A stretch of 64,000 nucleotides of DNA from Candidatus Pacearchaeota archaeon (GCA_040879765.1 JBBDJQ010000001.1:348023-412022); one strand, 5' to 3'; shown: positions 16,453 to 26,405, counted from the stretch's first letter. Notes: generated by a model from the sequence alone, not told the origin. A program made the numbers and translations.

Positions 16453-17001
16453 ATGAAAATCAAAAAAAGAAATCTTTATGCTTTAGCAATATTTTTAATA
16501 GTTTTTATTTTTGCTATAATCATAATGGCAAATTCAACCAATGTAACAAGAGTTAAACTTGAAACAAATCAAGGTGACATAGTTATAGAATTATATTCTC
16601 AAATGCCAATAACTGCGGGAAATTTTCAAAAGTTGGTTGAAGAAGGATTTTATGATGGAATTATTTTCCATAGGGTTATTGATGGATTTATGATTCAGTC
16701 CGGGGATCCGAGAGGGACTGGCTCTGGAGGTCCTGGGTATCAAATTAAGGATGAATTCACAAATTCAAAGTTGGATGAAAACCTAAGAGGCACACTTTCA
16801 ATGGCCAACGCAGGACCAAACACCGGAGGAAGCCAATTCTTCATAAACTTAGTTGATAATAATTTTTTAGATGGTAAACATCCTGTTTTTGGAAAAGTTA
16901 TTGAAGGAATGGAAGTTGTTGATAAGATAGCTAAAGTAGAAACAAATTCTCAAGACAGACCATTAGAAGAAGTCAAAATAATTAGTGCTTCTGTTATTTA
17001 G
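16453..17001 (+). CDS. Cyclophilin-type peptidyl-prolyl cis-trans isomerase with N-terminal signal/TM
   Basis: FHRVIDGFMIQSGDP...GTLSMANAGPNTGGSQFFINL motifs. Confidence 0.9.
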   Translation: MKIKKRNLYALAIFLIVFIFAIIIMANSTNVTRVKLETNQGDIVIELYSQMPITAGNFQKLVEEGFYDGIIFHRVIDGFMIQSGDPRGTGSGGPGYQIKDEFTNSKLDENLRGTLSMANAGPNTGGSQFFINLVDNNFLDGKHPVFGKVIEGMEVVDKIAKVETNSQDRPLEEVKIISASVI

Positions 17002-17200
17002 TTAATATCTATGTAACTAGGAATTTTGGCTCGTTACGTTTACATATTGATTAAAACTGTTAATATAGATTTGTGGATTTTTCTATTATCTTGCCTATCA
17101 ATTGTAAAAAGCTTTTTGGCAAACGCAATATTTCTTGCTTAAGTAGAAGCTATTAGTTAAATTAATTATTTAAACCATTTATCCTTTTGTTTTTCAAGAG

Positions 17201-18844
17201 GTGAAAATGAATTCAATTTGGATTGTTTTAATTGTTGGAATTTGGTTTTTTCTTGGATATAAGATTTACGGAAGTTTTATTGAAAAGAGGCTAAGGATAA
17301 ATAAAAAGAATAGAACTCCTGCGTTTACAAAAAGAGATGATGTTGATTTTTCTCCAGCAAGTAAACCTTTTCTTATTGGGCATCATTTTGCTTCAATTGC
17401 AGGAGCAGGGCCAATCATAGGGCCAATTCTTGCCATAAGTTATTTTGGCTGGCTTCCTGTTGTTCTTTGGATTTCTCTTGGAAGTGTTTTCATAGGGGCA
17501 ATGCATGACTTTACATCTTTGATTGCTTCAACAAGAAACAAAGCTGAGGGAGTTTCAAGTATTGCAAAAAGAAACCTTGGCTCAAACTCTGGGATTTTGG
17601 TCGGAGTAATGATTCTTGTAACTTTGATATTGATAATAACTGTTTTTAGCGTTTCTGCAGCGGAAAGTATAATTTACAAAACCGACTTAATAATTCCTTT
17701 AATCACAATTACAGTTTTAGCAATAATTCTGGGATTTGGGGTTGAAAAATATAAATGGAATTATAAAATCGCTTCTCTCATTTCGCTTTTTTTAATACTT
17801 GCTTCAGTTTGGGTTGGGGTGCAGTTTCCTTTTGACTTTTCCTTTATTGATGAAAATATTTTGAAAAATATATTGATTACTGTAATTATTCTATATGCTG
17901 CTGTGGCTTCTGTAATTCCTGTAGGGATGCTCTTAAGACCTAGGGACTTTTTGAGTGCAATGCAGATGTCGTTAATTCTTATTCTTGGTATCTTAGGAAT
18001 TATTTTTATTCAGCCTGTAATTAATGCCCCAACCTTTATCCCTAATTCAGTGTTTCCTCTATGGCCAATTTTATTCATAACTGTTGCTTGCGGAGCTATT
18101 TCTGGATTCCATGGTTTGGTTGCTACCGGAACTACAAGCAAACAATTGTCAAATGAATCTGATGGAAAAGCTGTGGGTTATGGTTCAATGATTGGAGAAG
18201 CGACTCTTGCAATTCTGGTTACACTGGTTGCTATTGCTGGTTTGACCTGGGGTTCTGGTTCGGGAAGTTTCCAGTTTGAATTAAGCAAGAGCTGGATTGT
18301 TTTATTTTCTTCTGGTTATGGGAATATTATAGGTAGTTTGGGAATCCCTTTTGTTACAATTTCTGTGGCAAGTTTGCTCGGAGCTTTTATGGTGAATCAG
18401 TTCATACTAACTTCTGTAGATACTTCAACAAGGCTAAGCAGATTTTTAATTTCAGAAACCCTTATTCCTAAACTGAGAAAAAATAAAATTTTTGTAACTT
18501 TTTTAATTTTAATTCCTGCCTGGCTTCTCGCTGTTACAAATTCTTATGAAACTCTTTGGAAACTCTTTGGAACTTCAAATCAGCTAATTGCTTCTATAAC
18601 TATGATTACAGTTTCGGCTTATTTTGTTTCTAAAAAAACAAAGGTCAAATTTATTATGATTCCTGCTATTTTTGTTCTTATAACAACTCTGTCGGCTTTA
18701 ATTTATCTTAGCTTTAGGCCGGAAGGATATTTTGCAACAGGAAACTATACTCTGGGGCTGATCTCTCTTGGAATGTTTGTTATTGGATTGCTTGTTGCAA
18801 AAGATGGATTTAAAAGTTTAAGGAAAAGTGTAAGAAAGCGTTAG
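17201..18844 (+). CDS. cstA: Carbon starvation protein CstA family transporter
   Basis: HHFASIAGAGPIIGPILA signature. Polytopic. 547 aa. Confidence 0.85.
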   Translation: MKMNSIWIVLIVGIWFFLGYKIYGSFIEKRLRINKKNRTPAFTKRDDVDFSPASKPFLIGHHFASIAGAGPIIGPILAISYFGWLPVVLWISLGSVFIGAMHDFTSLIASTRNKAEGVSSIAKRNLGSNSGILVGVMILVTLILIITVFSVSAAESIIYKTDLIIPLITITVLAIILGFGVEKYKWNYKIASLISLFLILASVWVGVQFPFDFSFIDENILKNILITVIILYAAVASVIPVGMLLRPRDFLSAMQMSLILILGILGIIFIQPVINAPTFIPNSVFPLWPILFITVACGAISGFHGLVATGTTSKQLSNESDGKAVGYGSMIGEATLAILVTLVAIAGLTWGSGSGSFQFELSKSWIVLFSSGYGNIIGSLGIPFVTISVASLLGAFMVNQFILTSVDTSTRLSRFLISETLIPKLRKNKIFVTFLILIPAWLLAVTNSYETLWKLFGTSNQLIASITMITVSAYFVSKKTKVKFIMIPAIFVLITTLSALIYLSFRPEGYFATGNYTLGLISLGMFVIGLLVAKDGFKSLRKSVRKR

Positions 18845-19061
18845 TTTTAGTTTGAAGGAGAATTATGTTTGAATTAACTCTTTAGTAGTTATAATATGGA
18901 AATATTTATAAATTATCTTTTTCTTGGATTTTTATGAAAAATAAGACATTAAAACAAACAGCATTAGCAGGACGGCATCTTTAGCTTTAGCAGGAAGCCC
19001 TCAGGCTTCAGCTCAAGGGGTTTCAGGAGATATAAGATATCTTAATAACAATAATAGTGAA

Positions 19062-19622
19062 GTGAGCTACCCAGAAGTAGAATTATTCTACAACCTCCAG
19101 AACAAAGCTTCATGTTTTACCTTCGTGGATAGAAATAAGGGGGCAAGTTACTTTGGAGAAACTAACTGCACATTAAACAATGAAATTGGAAATTCAGGAT
19201 TTAAAATAAATGCCCAGGCAGTTCACAGCAATTCAAACGGAGGAGTTTTCTCAGATGTAGGTATTGGTTTGGAAAGAGAACTTCCTTTCTCAGACTCTCT
19301 CCCTTTTTCGGGAGATTTAACATACTACCCCTATTTTTCAGACAATTCGCAACAGTTGGACTGGTTTGTTTCATATGATGGAAAGCTCCCATTTAATGCT
19401 GAGCTAGATTCTTTCGGAACATTTAAATATGAAAATGGAAAATTAAGGGTTGATTATGGAGAAGGTAATTTAAGAATTCCTGTTGGTGGGAAGAATAGTC
19501 CTTTCTTTTTGGGATATAGCCGCGCCTGGTTTTCAGGAGAAGGAGAAAATTTTCTTGATGCTGTTGACCATGAGAATAGATTTCAAATAGGATTTAATTT
19601 TGATTTGGGAAAGAAGCAATAA
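19062..19622 (+). CDS. Secreted hypothetical protein whose signal peptide is encoded out of frame upstream (ATG 18934); probable frameshift
   Basis: The GTG-started ORF has no upstream start in frame. The ATG at 18934 encodes MKNKTLKQTALAGRHL followed by a stop. The body frame continues upstream as SISRTASLALAGSPQASAQG, a textbook signal peptide, across the A-run at 18951-18960. Confidence 0.45.
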   Translation: MSYPEVELFYNLQNKASCFTFVDRNKGASYFGETNCTLNNEIGNSGFKINAQAVHSNSNGGVFSDVGIGLERELPFSDSLPFSGDLTYYPYFSDNSQQLDWFVSYDGKLPFNAELDSFGTFKYENGKLRVDYGEGNLRIPVGGKNSPFFLGYSRAWFSGEGENFLDAVDHENRFQIGFNFDLGKKQ

Positions 19623-19637
19623 AAAGATTTTACTTAA

Positions 19638-20444
19638 TCAATTCCCGATATCTCCTGTCTTCTTCCACTGAATATAATTCTCTTCAAGAATTTTTATTAT
19701 TTCGTTTCTTTGTTCTGTCTTTCCCAAACCCTTCCAATCCAATAAAGCAAAATCAACTTCTTCTTCTGTCTTTTTTACCGCTTCCAAAACCATCTCTTTA
19801 GTTAATGGCAGAGAGTATTGTGGAATTATATGGGAAATTGCAATATTAGAATTTAATTGAATTTTGTTGAACTTTGGACAATAATGCCCTCCACCAATTG
19901 CAACTGCAATTTCATTGTAAGGATTTTCTTTATAGGATTCAATAGTTTCTCTAATTGCTTTTGCAACTACAAATCCTGCCTTCCTATCCTTATATTCTTT
20001 TTCCGTGGAGCCAATTTCTATGAACAAACAAGGCTTGTCTATTAAAGGTCCATGGTGTGTGGCTTCAAAAGTCACATGATAATCTTTCAAACCATGAGAC
20101 TTAGCATTTTTTTCTAAGGATTCAAATAATTTCTTTTGAAATAATGCAGAACTTCTTCCAAACTTTCTTGTTTCACCTCCAAGAGTCGCTTGTCTTGGAT
20201 TCCCAACAGCGTGAATTGTCAAAGCTTTTTCATCTTTTTTTGAAGAATGTCTTGAAGCAAAGATTATGAATTCATATTTGCTTATTTTTTCCAAGTCTAA
20301 ATTTTCTGTGTAAATTATTTCGTCATCAACTAAATAAAAATCGAAAGAACTTCTATTGTTGTGGAATTGGGAAAGTTGCGTAGTTATGTTTGTCCCTGCA
20401 AGGTCCTTTTTGCTTGCCACCACCAAGTATTTTTTATTTTCCAT
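19638..20444 (-). CDS. dtdA: D-aminoacyl-tRNA deacylase, archaeal type (DTD2)
   Basis: ASRHSSK, EATHHGP, IEIGS and GGGHY motifs, collinear with archaeal DtdA. Confidence 0.75.
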   Translation of the reverse strand: MENKKYLVVASKKDLAGTNITTQLSQFHNNRSSFDFYLVDDEIIYTENLDLEKISKYEFIIFASRHSSKKDEKALTIHAVGNPRQATLGGETRKFGRSSALFQKKLFESLEKNAKSHGLKDYHVTFEATHHGPLIDKPCLFIEIGSTEKEYKDRKAGFVVAKAIRETIESYKENPYNEIAVAIGGGHYCPKFNKIQLNSNIAISHIIPQYSLPLTKEMVLEAVKKTEEEVDFALLDWKGLGKTEQRNEIIKILEENYIQWKKTGDIGN

Positions 20445-20494
20445 ATCTGAAATTCATTCGGAAAGATTATAAAGGTTTTTGTTGTTTTTATTCT

Positions 20495-20731
20495 ATGGAA
20501 ACATTTGTTTTGTTTTTTATTGGAATAATCTTTCTTGCAATTGGGTTTCCCATTGGAGACTACTTGGCCAAATCCACAAGAGAGGAATTAAGGAAAGGTA
20601 GGAAATGGTTCAGAATGATTATTTGGGTTAGCGTTTTAGGGGCTTTAATGAGTCTGATATTTCGAATTGACTCTCTCCTTTTTACATTTCTTTTTATTAT
20701 AATTGTCACAAGCAGGAGCTTGAAAAGATAG
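20495..20731 (+). CDS. Small membrane protein (hypothetical)
   Basis: Internal Met start (METFVLFF...). Two TM helices. Weak call. Confidence 0.3.
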   Translation: METFVLFFIGIIFLAIGFPIGDYLAKSTREELRKGRKWFRMIIWVSVLGALMSLIFRIDSLLFTFLFIIIVTSRSLKR

Positions 20732-20761
20732 TTAATTAAATCTGGGAATTATTGGTTTTTT

Positions 20762-21460
20762 ATGTTTAATATAATTGGTTTAGGTTTGAATGAGAAAGGT
20801 TATAGCAGAGAAGCTTATGATGCTATAGTAGCTTCTGATGAGGTTTATATTGATAATTATACTGTTGATTTTCCTTATGATTTTAAGAAATTGGAAAAAC
20901 AATTTCCAAAAAAGAAACTTTTGCAAGCAGATAGAGATTTAGTAGAATCAGATTATCTTGTAAAGAATTCAAAGAATATGAAAATTTCTCTTCTGGTTTA
21001 TGGAAATCCTTTGATGGCAACCACGCATGTTTCCTTGATTGATGATTTAAAGAAAAATAAAGTCAAAGTTAATATTATTCATGGAGCTTCAATTTTGGAT
21101 GCAGTTTCAGAAACTGGTTTGCAAACCTATAAATTTGGAAAAATTGCCTCAATACCAAAGCATGAAGCAGAGAGTTTCAAAAAAATAATAAAAGATAACC
21201 AAAAAATAAAAGCACATAGTTTGGTTTTGGTTGATATAGGGCTTGATTTAAGATCCTCATTAGACAGAGTTTCTGATTTTAAATCTGAAAAAATTATTCT
21301 TTGTTCTCAATTAGGTAATTTAAATAGTCAGATTTTTTATGATAAAATATCTAATTTAAAATCTAAGAAAATTAAATATCCTTATTGTTTTATAATCCCT
21401 GGAGAACTTCATTTTTTTGAAAAGGAGTTATTAGAAAACTTAAAAAAAGGAAAAGATTGA
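20762..21460 (+). CDS. dphB: Diphthine synthase (Dph5/DphB)
   Basis: IIGLGL N-terminus, GNPLMATTH, HGASI, YKFGK and IPGELH motifs of the tetrapyrrole-methylase-fold diphthine synthase. Confidence 0.8.
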   Translation: MFNIIGLGLNEKGYSREAYDAIVASDEVYIDNYTVDFPYDFKKLEKQFPKKKLLQADRDLVESDYLVKNSKNMKISLLVYGNPLMATTHVSLIDDLKKNKVKVNIIHGASILDAVSETGLQTYKFGKIASIPKHEAESFKKIIKDNQKIKAHSLVLVDIGLDLRSSLDRVSDFKSEKIILCSQLGNLNSQIFYDKISNLKSKKIKYPYCFIIPGELHFFEKELLENLKKGKD

Positions 21461-21467
21461 TTTTAAT

Positions 21468-24317
21468 ATGGAAGATATAAATTCAATTGAAGAAAAAATT
21501 TTGGATTTTTGGAAAAGGGACAAGACTTTTGAAAAATCCTTGAAAAAAACAAAAAACAAGAAAGCCTACGTTTTTTATGATGGTCCACCATTTGCGACAG
21601 GAACTCCTCATCCGGGAACTATCTTGAGCTCTGTTTCTAAAGATGTTTTTGGAAGGTTCTGGACCATGAAGGGATTCTATGTTCCCCGGGTTTGGGGATG
21701 GGACTGTCATGGATTACCTATAGAAAACCTAGCAGAGAAAGATTTGGGAATAAATTCTAAGGATGAAATTGAAAAAATAGGTGTCAATAAATTTAATGAT
21801 TTTTGTCGAAATAAAGTTTTGGGTTATGAAACTTATTGGAAAAAAATGATTTCAAGAATTGGGAGATGGGTTGATATGGATGAGCCTTATAAAACCATGG
21901 ATAACGATTATATTGAATCTGTTTGGTGGGCATTTAAGAAGCTTCATGAAAAGGGATTTTTGTATGAAGGGGAAAAAGTTTTGATGTATTGCCCTCGTTG
22001 TTCAACCCCCTTAGCAAAAGCGGAGATTGCGATGGATAATTCTTACAAAAACGTTGAAGAAGAGTCAATTGTTGTAAAATTTAAACTTAAGAATGAGGAT
22101 GCCTATGCTCTTGCTTGGACAACCACTCCTTGGACCTTGCCATCAAACTTGGCGTTATCTGTTAATCCAAATTTAGATTATGTTTATCTCAAGGACAAAT
22201 CTGATGGAAGTGTTTATATTTTGGTTAAAAATTCCATCAAACAATTTTTCAAAAATCCAAATGAATATGAAATTATAAAAAAAGTTAAAGGAAAATCTTT
22301 GGAAGGTAAGAAATATGAGCCTTTGTTTAACTATTTCAAAAATCATGATGCTTTCAAAATAATTCTTGGAGATTTTGTAAGCTCTGAAGAAGGGACGGGA
22401 ATTGTCCATACTGCTCCTGCATTTGGAGAGGAAGATTATGAAGTCTCAAAAAAATATGGAATTGGAATTGTACAACCTGTTGATGAAAAAGGGAAATTCA
22501 CAAAAGAAGTTAAGGATTTTGAAGGAATGTTTGTCCATCATTCAAATAAGAAAATTTTAGAACATTTGAAGGAAAAAGGAAAGGTGGTTGCTGTAAGAAA
22601 AATAAAACATGAATATCCTTTTTGCTATCGTTGTGATACTAAACTAATTTACAGGGCTGTTCCTGCGTGGTTTGTCAACATCCAAAAAATTAAACCAAGA
22701 CTTATTAAACTTTCAAAAAAAATAAACTGGCATCCTGGATTTTTGAAAGAAGGCAGGGTAAAGAATACATTTGAATCTGCTCCTGATTGGAATATTTCTA
22801 GGAATAGGTATTGGGCTTCTGCAATGCCTGTCTGGGTTTCTAAAGATGGAGAGAAATTAATAATCGAAAACATTAGCGAATTGAAAAAATATGCAAAGAA
22901 CCTTAATTCAAAAAGGAAGATTGATTTACACAAGGATTTCTTGGATAAAATAATTCTTGAGAAAGATGGAAAAGAGTTTAGGAGAGTTCCAGAGGTTCTT
23001 GATGTTTGGTTTGATTCAGGGGCTATGACTTTTGCGCAGTTCCATTATCCTTTTGAAAACAAAGCGTTCTTTGAAAAGAATTTTCCAGCACAATTTGTTG
23101 CAGAATATATTGGGCAAATTAGGGCTTGGTTTTATTATATGATTGTACTCTCTGTTATTTTGTTTGATAAGATTCCTTTTGAAAATGTTTTGACAACTGG
23201 AAATTTGCTTTCTGCTGATGGGCAAAAAATAAGCAAGAGCAAGAAAAACTATACCGATCCTTACGAACTTATAGAAAAATATGGAGTTGATGCTTTGAGG
23301 TTTTATCTTATGTCCTGCCCAGTTATGAATGCTGAGGATTTTAATTTTATGGATTCTGGAGTTGAAGAAGTTTATAAAAAAATAATTCTTCTTTCCTACA
23401 ATACTTTAAAATTTTATGAATTGAATAAATCAAATTCTAAAAATTCAAAACCAAAATTCAAAGATTTGACAGATAAATGGATTCTTTCAAGACTTAATGA
23501 AACTGGAATTGCTGTAAATGATTATCTTGAAAAATATGATACAATAAAAACATGTAATGAAATAAAAAGATTCATTGATGATTTATCAACTTGGTATGTT
23601 CGTTTAAATCGAGAAAGAATTTCTGATGAAGATAATGCCAAGAATGTGTTGAAATATGTTTTGAATAATTTTTCAAAAATAATTGCATCTATTTTGCCCT
23701 TTACGGCAGAAAAACTATTTCAAGGCTTAAATGGAGAAAAAAATTCTGTGCATTTAGAAGAATATCCTAAATTTTCAAAGAAAGAAATCAACTCAAAGGT
23801 TTTGAAAGATATGGAATTAATTCGGGAAGTTGTCTCTAAGGGATTGAAAGAAAGAGATAGAGAAAAAATTGGATTGAAATGGCCCTTGCTTGAGGCCATA
23901 ATTTCAGGCAAGCAATTTGGACTTGGAAAAAACGAAAAAGAGATAATTATGGAACAATTAAATGTGAAAAAGGTTTCATACAATAAAAAAGATGTGGAAT
24001 TAGAGGTTAATTTGAATACTCAACAAAACAAGGAATTAGAGGCTGAAGGATATATGAGGGAGTTGAGCAGGCAGGTTCAATCACAGAGAAAAAATCTAGG
24101 CTTGAATAAGGGGGATATCATTGAACTTAAGATTTTTGTCGATGAGGAATTTAAAAAAATGCTCAGATCTCAGGAATCTAGCTTGAAAAATAGAACTAAT
24201 TCTAAAAAACTAGAAATTCTCTTAAGTGGAGAAAAATCTAAGGAAAGTTTTAAAAATAGTATTAACTTCAAAATAAGAAATAAAGAGGGTGAAATGGCCA
24301 TAATTACCAAAAAGTGA
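21468..24317 (+). CDS. ileS: Isoleucyl-tRNA synthetase
   Basis: GWDCHGLP, WTTTPWTLP, WNISRNRYW and KISKS (KMSKS) motifs. The HIGH motif reads HPGT. Confidence 0.85.
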   Translation: MEDINSIEEKILDFWKRDKTFEKSLKKTKNKKAYVFYDGPPFATGTPHPGTILSSVSKDVFGRFWTMKGFYVPRVWGWDCHGLPIENLAEKDLGINSKDEIEKIGVNKFNDFCRNKVLGYETYWKKMISRIGRWVDMDEPYKTMDNDYIESVWWAFKKLHEKGFLYEGEKVLMYCPRCSTPLAKAEIAMDNSYKNVEEESIVVKFKLKNEDAYALAWTTTPWTLPSNLALSVNPNLDYVYLKDKSDGSVYILVKNSIKQFFKNPNEYEIIKKVKGKSLEGKKYEPLFNYFKNHDAFKIILGDFVSSEEGTGIVHTAPAFGEEDYEVSKKYGIGIVQPVDEKGKFTKEVKDFEGMFVHHSNKKILEHLKEKGKVVAVRKIKHEYPFCYRCDTKLIYRAVPAWFVNIQKIKPRLIKLSKKINWHPGFLKEGRVKNTFESAPDWNISRNRYWASAMPVWVSKDGEKLIIENISELKKYAKNLNSKRKIDLHKDFLDKIILEKDGKEFRRVPEVLDVWFDSGAMTFAQFHYPFENKAFFEKNFPAQFVAEYIGQIRAWFYYMIVLSVILFDKIPFENVLTTGNLLSADGQKISKSKKNYTDPYELIEKYGVDALRFYLMSCPVMNAEDFNFMDSGVEEVYKKIILLSYNTLKFYELNKSNSKNSKPKFKDLTDKWILSRLNETGIAVNDYLEKYDTIKTCNEIKRFIDDLSTWYVRLNRERISDEDNAKNVLKYVLNNFSKIIASILPFTAEKLFQGLNGEKNSVHLEEYPKFSKKEINSKVLKDMELIREVVSKGLKERDREKIGLKWPLLEAIISGKQFGLGKNEKEIIMEQLNVKKVSYNKKDVELEVNLNTQQNKELEAEGYMRELSRQVQSQRKNLGLNKGDIIELKIFVDEEFKKMLRSQESSLKNRTNSKKLEILLSGEKSKESFKNSINFKIRNKEGEMAIITKK

Positions 24318-24378
24318 TACTCTAATTTCACTCTTCTATTATAACAATATTTAAAAGTAAAAAACACAAAAAAGATAC

Positions 24379-25182
24379 ATGATAGTTAAGGAAGAATTTT
24401 TAAGTAGATTAAGGAAAATTTTTGATTTGAACTTATATGAAGTCAAGGTTTGGACGGCTTTGCTTTCTCGTGGAACATCGACTGCAGGAGAATTAAGCAG
24501 TATTTCTAATGTTCCTCGTTCCAGAACTTATGATATTCTAGAGAGTTTGGATAGGAAAGGTTTTGTTATAATGAAACTTGGAAAACCCATCAAATTTGTT
24601 GCTCTTAAGCCAGAAGAAGTTATAGAAAGAGTTAAGAGAAATTTGCTTAAACACACTCAGGAAAAAACGAAAAGGCTTGAGACCTTGAAGAATGATGAAG
24701 TTTTGGAGGAATTGAATGGTTTGTTTACACAAGGAATAAAATTTGTTGAGCCAAATGATTTATCTGGAAGTTTAAAGGGAAGACAAAATATTTACAATCA
24801 AATTGACATGATGGTGCGTTCTGCAGAAAAATCTGTTACAATTGTTACAACAAGGGATGGCTTAATCAGAAAGATTGAGGCTTTGTATCCAAGTTTAGAA
24901 AAATGTAAGAAACGGGGTGTGAAAGTTAGGATTGGTGCGCCAATTGATAGTAAGAATATAAAGATTGCAAAAGAGCTGAAGAAAGTAGCAGAAGTTAAGA
25001 ACTTGGATAAGATAAAGGCAAGATTCATAATTGTGGATTCAACTCAAATAATGTTTATGCTTCTTGATGATGAAAAGTTCCATCCAAACTATGATACAGG
25101 AGTTTGGATAAATACCGACTTTTTTGCACAAGCTCTTGAGCAACTATTTGAATTGGCTTGGAAAGGTTTGAAGAGTGTTTAA
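24379..25182 (+). CDS. TrmB-like transcriptional regulator
   Basis: N-terminal wHTH (LYEVKVWTALLSRGTSTAGELSSISNVPRSRTYDILESL) followed by a C-terminal domain. Confidence 0.65.
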   Translation: MIVKEEFLSRLRKIFDLNLYEVKVWTALLSRGTSTAGELSSISNVPRSRTYDILESLDRKGFVIMKLGKPIKFVALKPEEVIERVKRNLLKHTQEKTKRLETLKNDEVLEELNGLFTQGIKFVEPNDLSGSLKGRQNIYNQIDMMVRSAEKSVTIVTTRDGLIRKIEALYPSLEKCKKRGVKVRIGAPIDSKNIKIAKELKKVAEVKNLDKIKARFIIVDSTQIMFMLLDDEKFHPNYDTGVWINTDFFAQALEQLFELAWKGLKSV

Positions 25183-25533
25183 GAATTTTTTTTCTAACCA
25201 ATTTATGAAATCCTGGTCTGAATCACAGAAATCTTTTTTACATGAATACATCTTTTTTTCTCCGAGGTAGAGGTGGTTTTGAACTCCTATGTGTTGGATT
25301 TCAGACAGATTATCACATTCAAATAAGACTGGAATTAAGATGTAAGATTTTCCTTTAACTGAGTAAGGAAATTCTCCGAGAGTTTTTCCAGCTTTTATTG
25401 TTATTCCAAGCTCTTCTTGTAATTCTCTTTCGAGACATTGTTGTTCTGTTTCTTCAAGTTCTAATTTCCCTCCAGGAAATTCTAATTTGCCTGGGAAATT
25501 TTTTGATTGAGGGAAAAGAAGTCTTTGGGTCAC
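25144..25533 (-). CDS. Nudix hydrolase (possible N-terminal frameshift)
   Basis: Nudix box GGKLELEETEQQCLERELQEELGI. The expected N-terminal strand (MEEPRKVVAGVFRREGDY...) is encoded in another frame from an ATG near 25610. Confidence 0.65.
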   Translation of the reverse strand: MTQRLLFPQSKNFPGKLEFPGGKLELEETEQQCLERELQEELGITIKAGKTLGEFPYSVKGKSYILIPVLFECDNLSEIQHIGVQNHLYLGEKKMYSCKKDFCDSDQDFINWLEKKFLNTLQTFPSQFK

Positions 25534-25697
25534 AAGATAAACCTGTATGCAATTCTCCTTCGTGAATGTAATCTCCTTCTCTTCTAAAAACTCCTGCTAC
25601 AACCTTCCGAGGTTCTTCCATATTCTTTTATCCTTCAAGGGTATAAAAGAATTGTTATGAATTAATAAAAATAAAAAAATAAAAAAATTTTGTTGGT

Positions 25698-25907
25698 TTA
25701 TTTGTTCAATACAGCCAAAACAGCAGATGCTATTGTAGTTATAACAACAACCCATCCAACTAATACTGGTAGGAATGTATTTCCTCCAAGCCATACTGGT
25801 AGACCTAGAACTCCATCAACTAAAGCGAATCCTACTGATAGAGAAACTAAAACTCCTGTTAACCATGCAACGAAATTCAAAACCATTGCTTCATTTCCTT
25901 TTGCCAT
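25698..25907 (-). CDS. Small hydrophobic membrane protein
   Basis: 69 aa. Two TM helices. Locally GC-richer codons. The minus frame was preferred over the overlapping plus-strand ORFs. Confidence 0.4.
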   Translation of the reverse strand: MAKGNEAMVLNFVAWLTGVLVSLSVGFALVDGVLGLPVWLGGNTFLPVLVGWVVVITTIASAVLAVLNK

Positions 25908-25976
25908 TTAATCACCTCCTTTCAACTCCAAATTTATTAATGGTTAAAAGAAAAAACCATTTAAATAAGTTTTGTT

Positions 25977-26405
25977 CTACTTTCTTTTTTTCTTAACTGC
26001 TTTTTTCTTTGAAGTCTTTTTTACAGACTTCTTTGCAGCTTTTTTCCTAACACTTTTTTCCTTTTTTCCTACTTTTGAAGTTATTCCTGAAAGTGTTGCT
26101 TTGAAAGTAGCAGGCTTTTGAGCAGAAACCAAACCATCCATGCTTGATCCTAATTTTCTTGTTTGATTTATGTTCTTTGTTATTTCTCTGTCAAGTCTGT
26201 TAATTTCTTTGTTTGTTTTTTTTACTGAAGATTCCAAAGCTCTTTCAGAAATTTTTCCAAAGAAGAACCTTTTTGACTCGCTATCAAACTGATTAAGAAT
26301 AGCCTGTTTTTCATCTTGTCTTGCTCTTATCAATTCTCCTAGAGCATGGAACTCTTTCAGAATTTGAGCAAAAGCAGCTTCATTCATTTTTTTTACTTGA
26401 GCCAT
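25977..26405 (-). CDS. Coiled-coil protein with lysine-rich C-terminal tail (hypothetical nucleic-acid binding)
   Basis: Start taken at MAQVKKM. The C-terminal KKxxKK repeats are histone-H1-like. Confidence 0.45.
   Translation of the reverse strand: MAQVKKMNEAAFAQILKEFHALGELIRARQDEKQAILNQFDSESKRFFFGKISERALESSVKKTNKEINRLDREITKNINQTRKLGSSMDGLVSAQKPATFKATLSGITSKVGKKEKSVRKKAAKKSVKKTSKKKAVKKKRK

Noticed and set aside
19062-19622. Reading the 186-aa secreted protein as a beta-barrel outer-membrane protein (C-terminal ...FNFDLGKKQ)
   Set aside because: The informational genes indicate an archaeon, which has no outer membrane. The pattern is weak.
25690-25996. Plus-strand ORFs 25690-25911 and 25775-25996
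   Set aside because: They overlap a more protein-like minus-strand small membrane ORF (25698-25907). The plus-frame translations are Thr/Pro-rich low-complexity.
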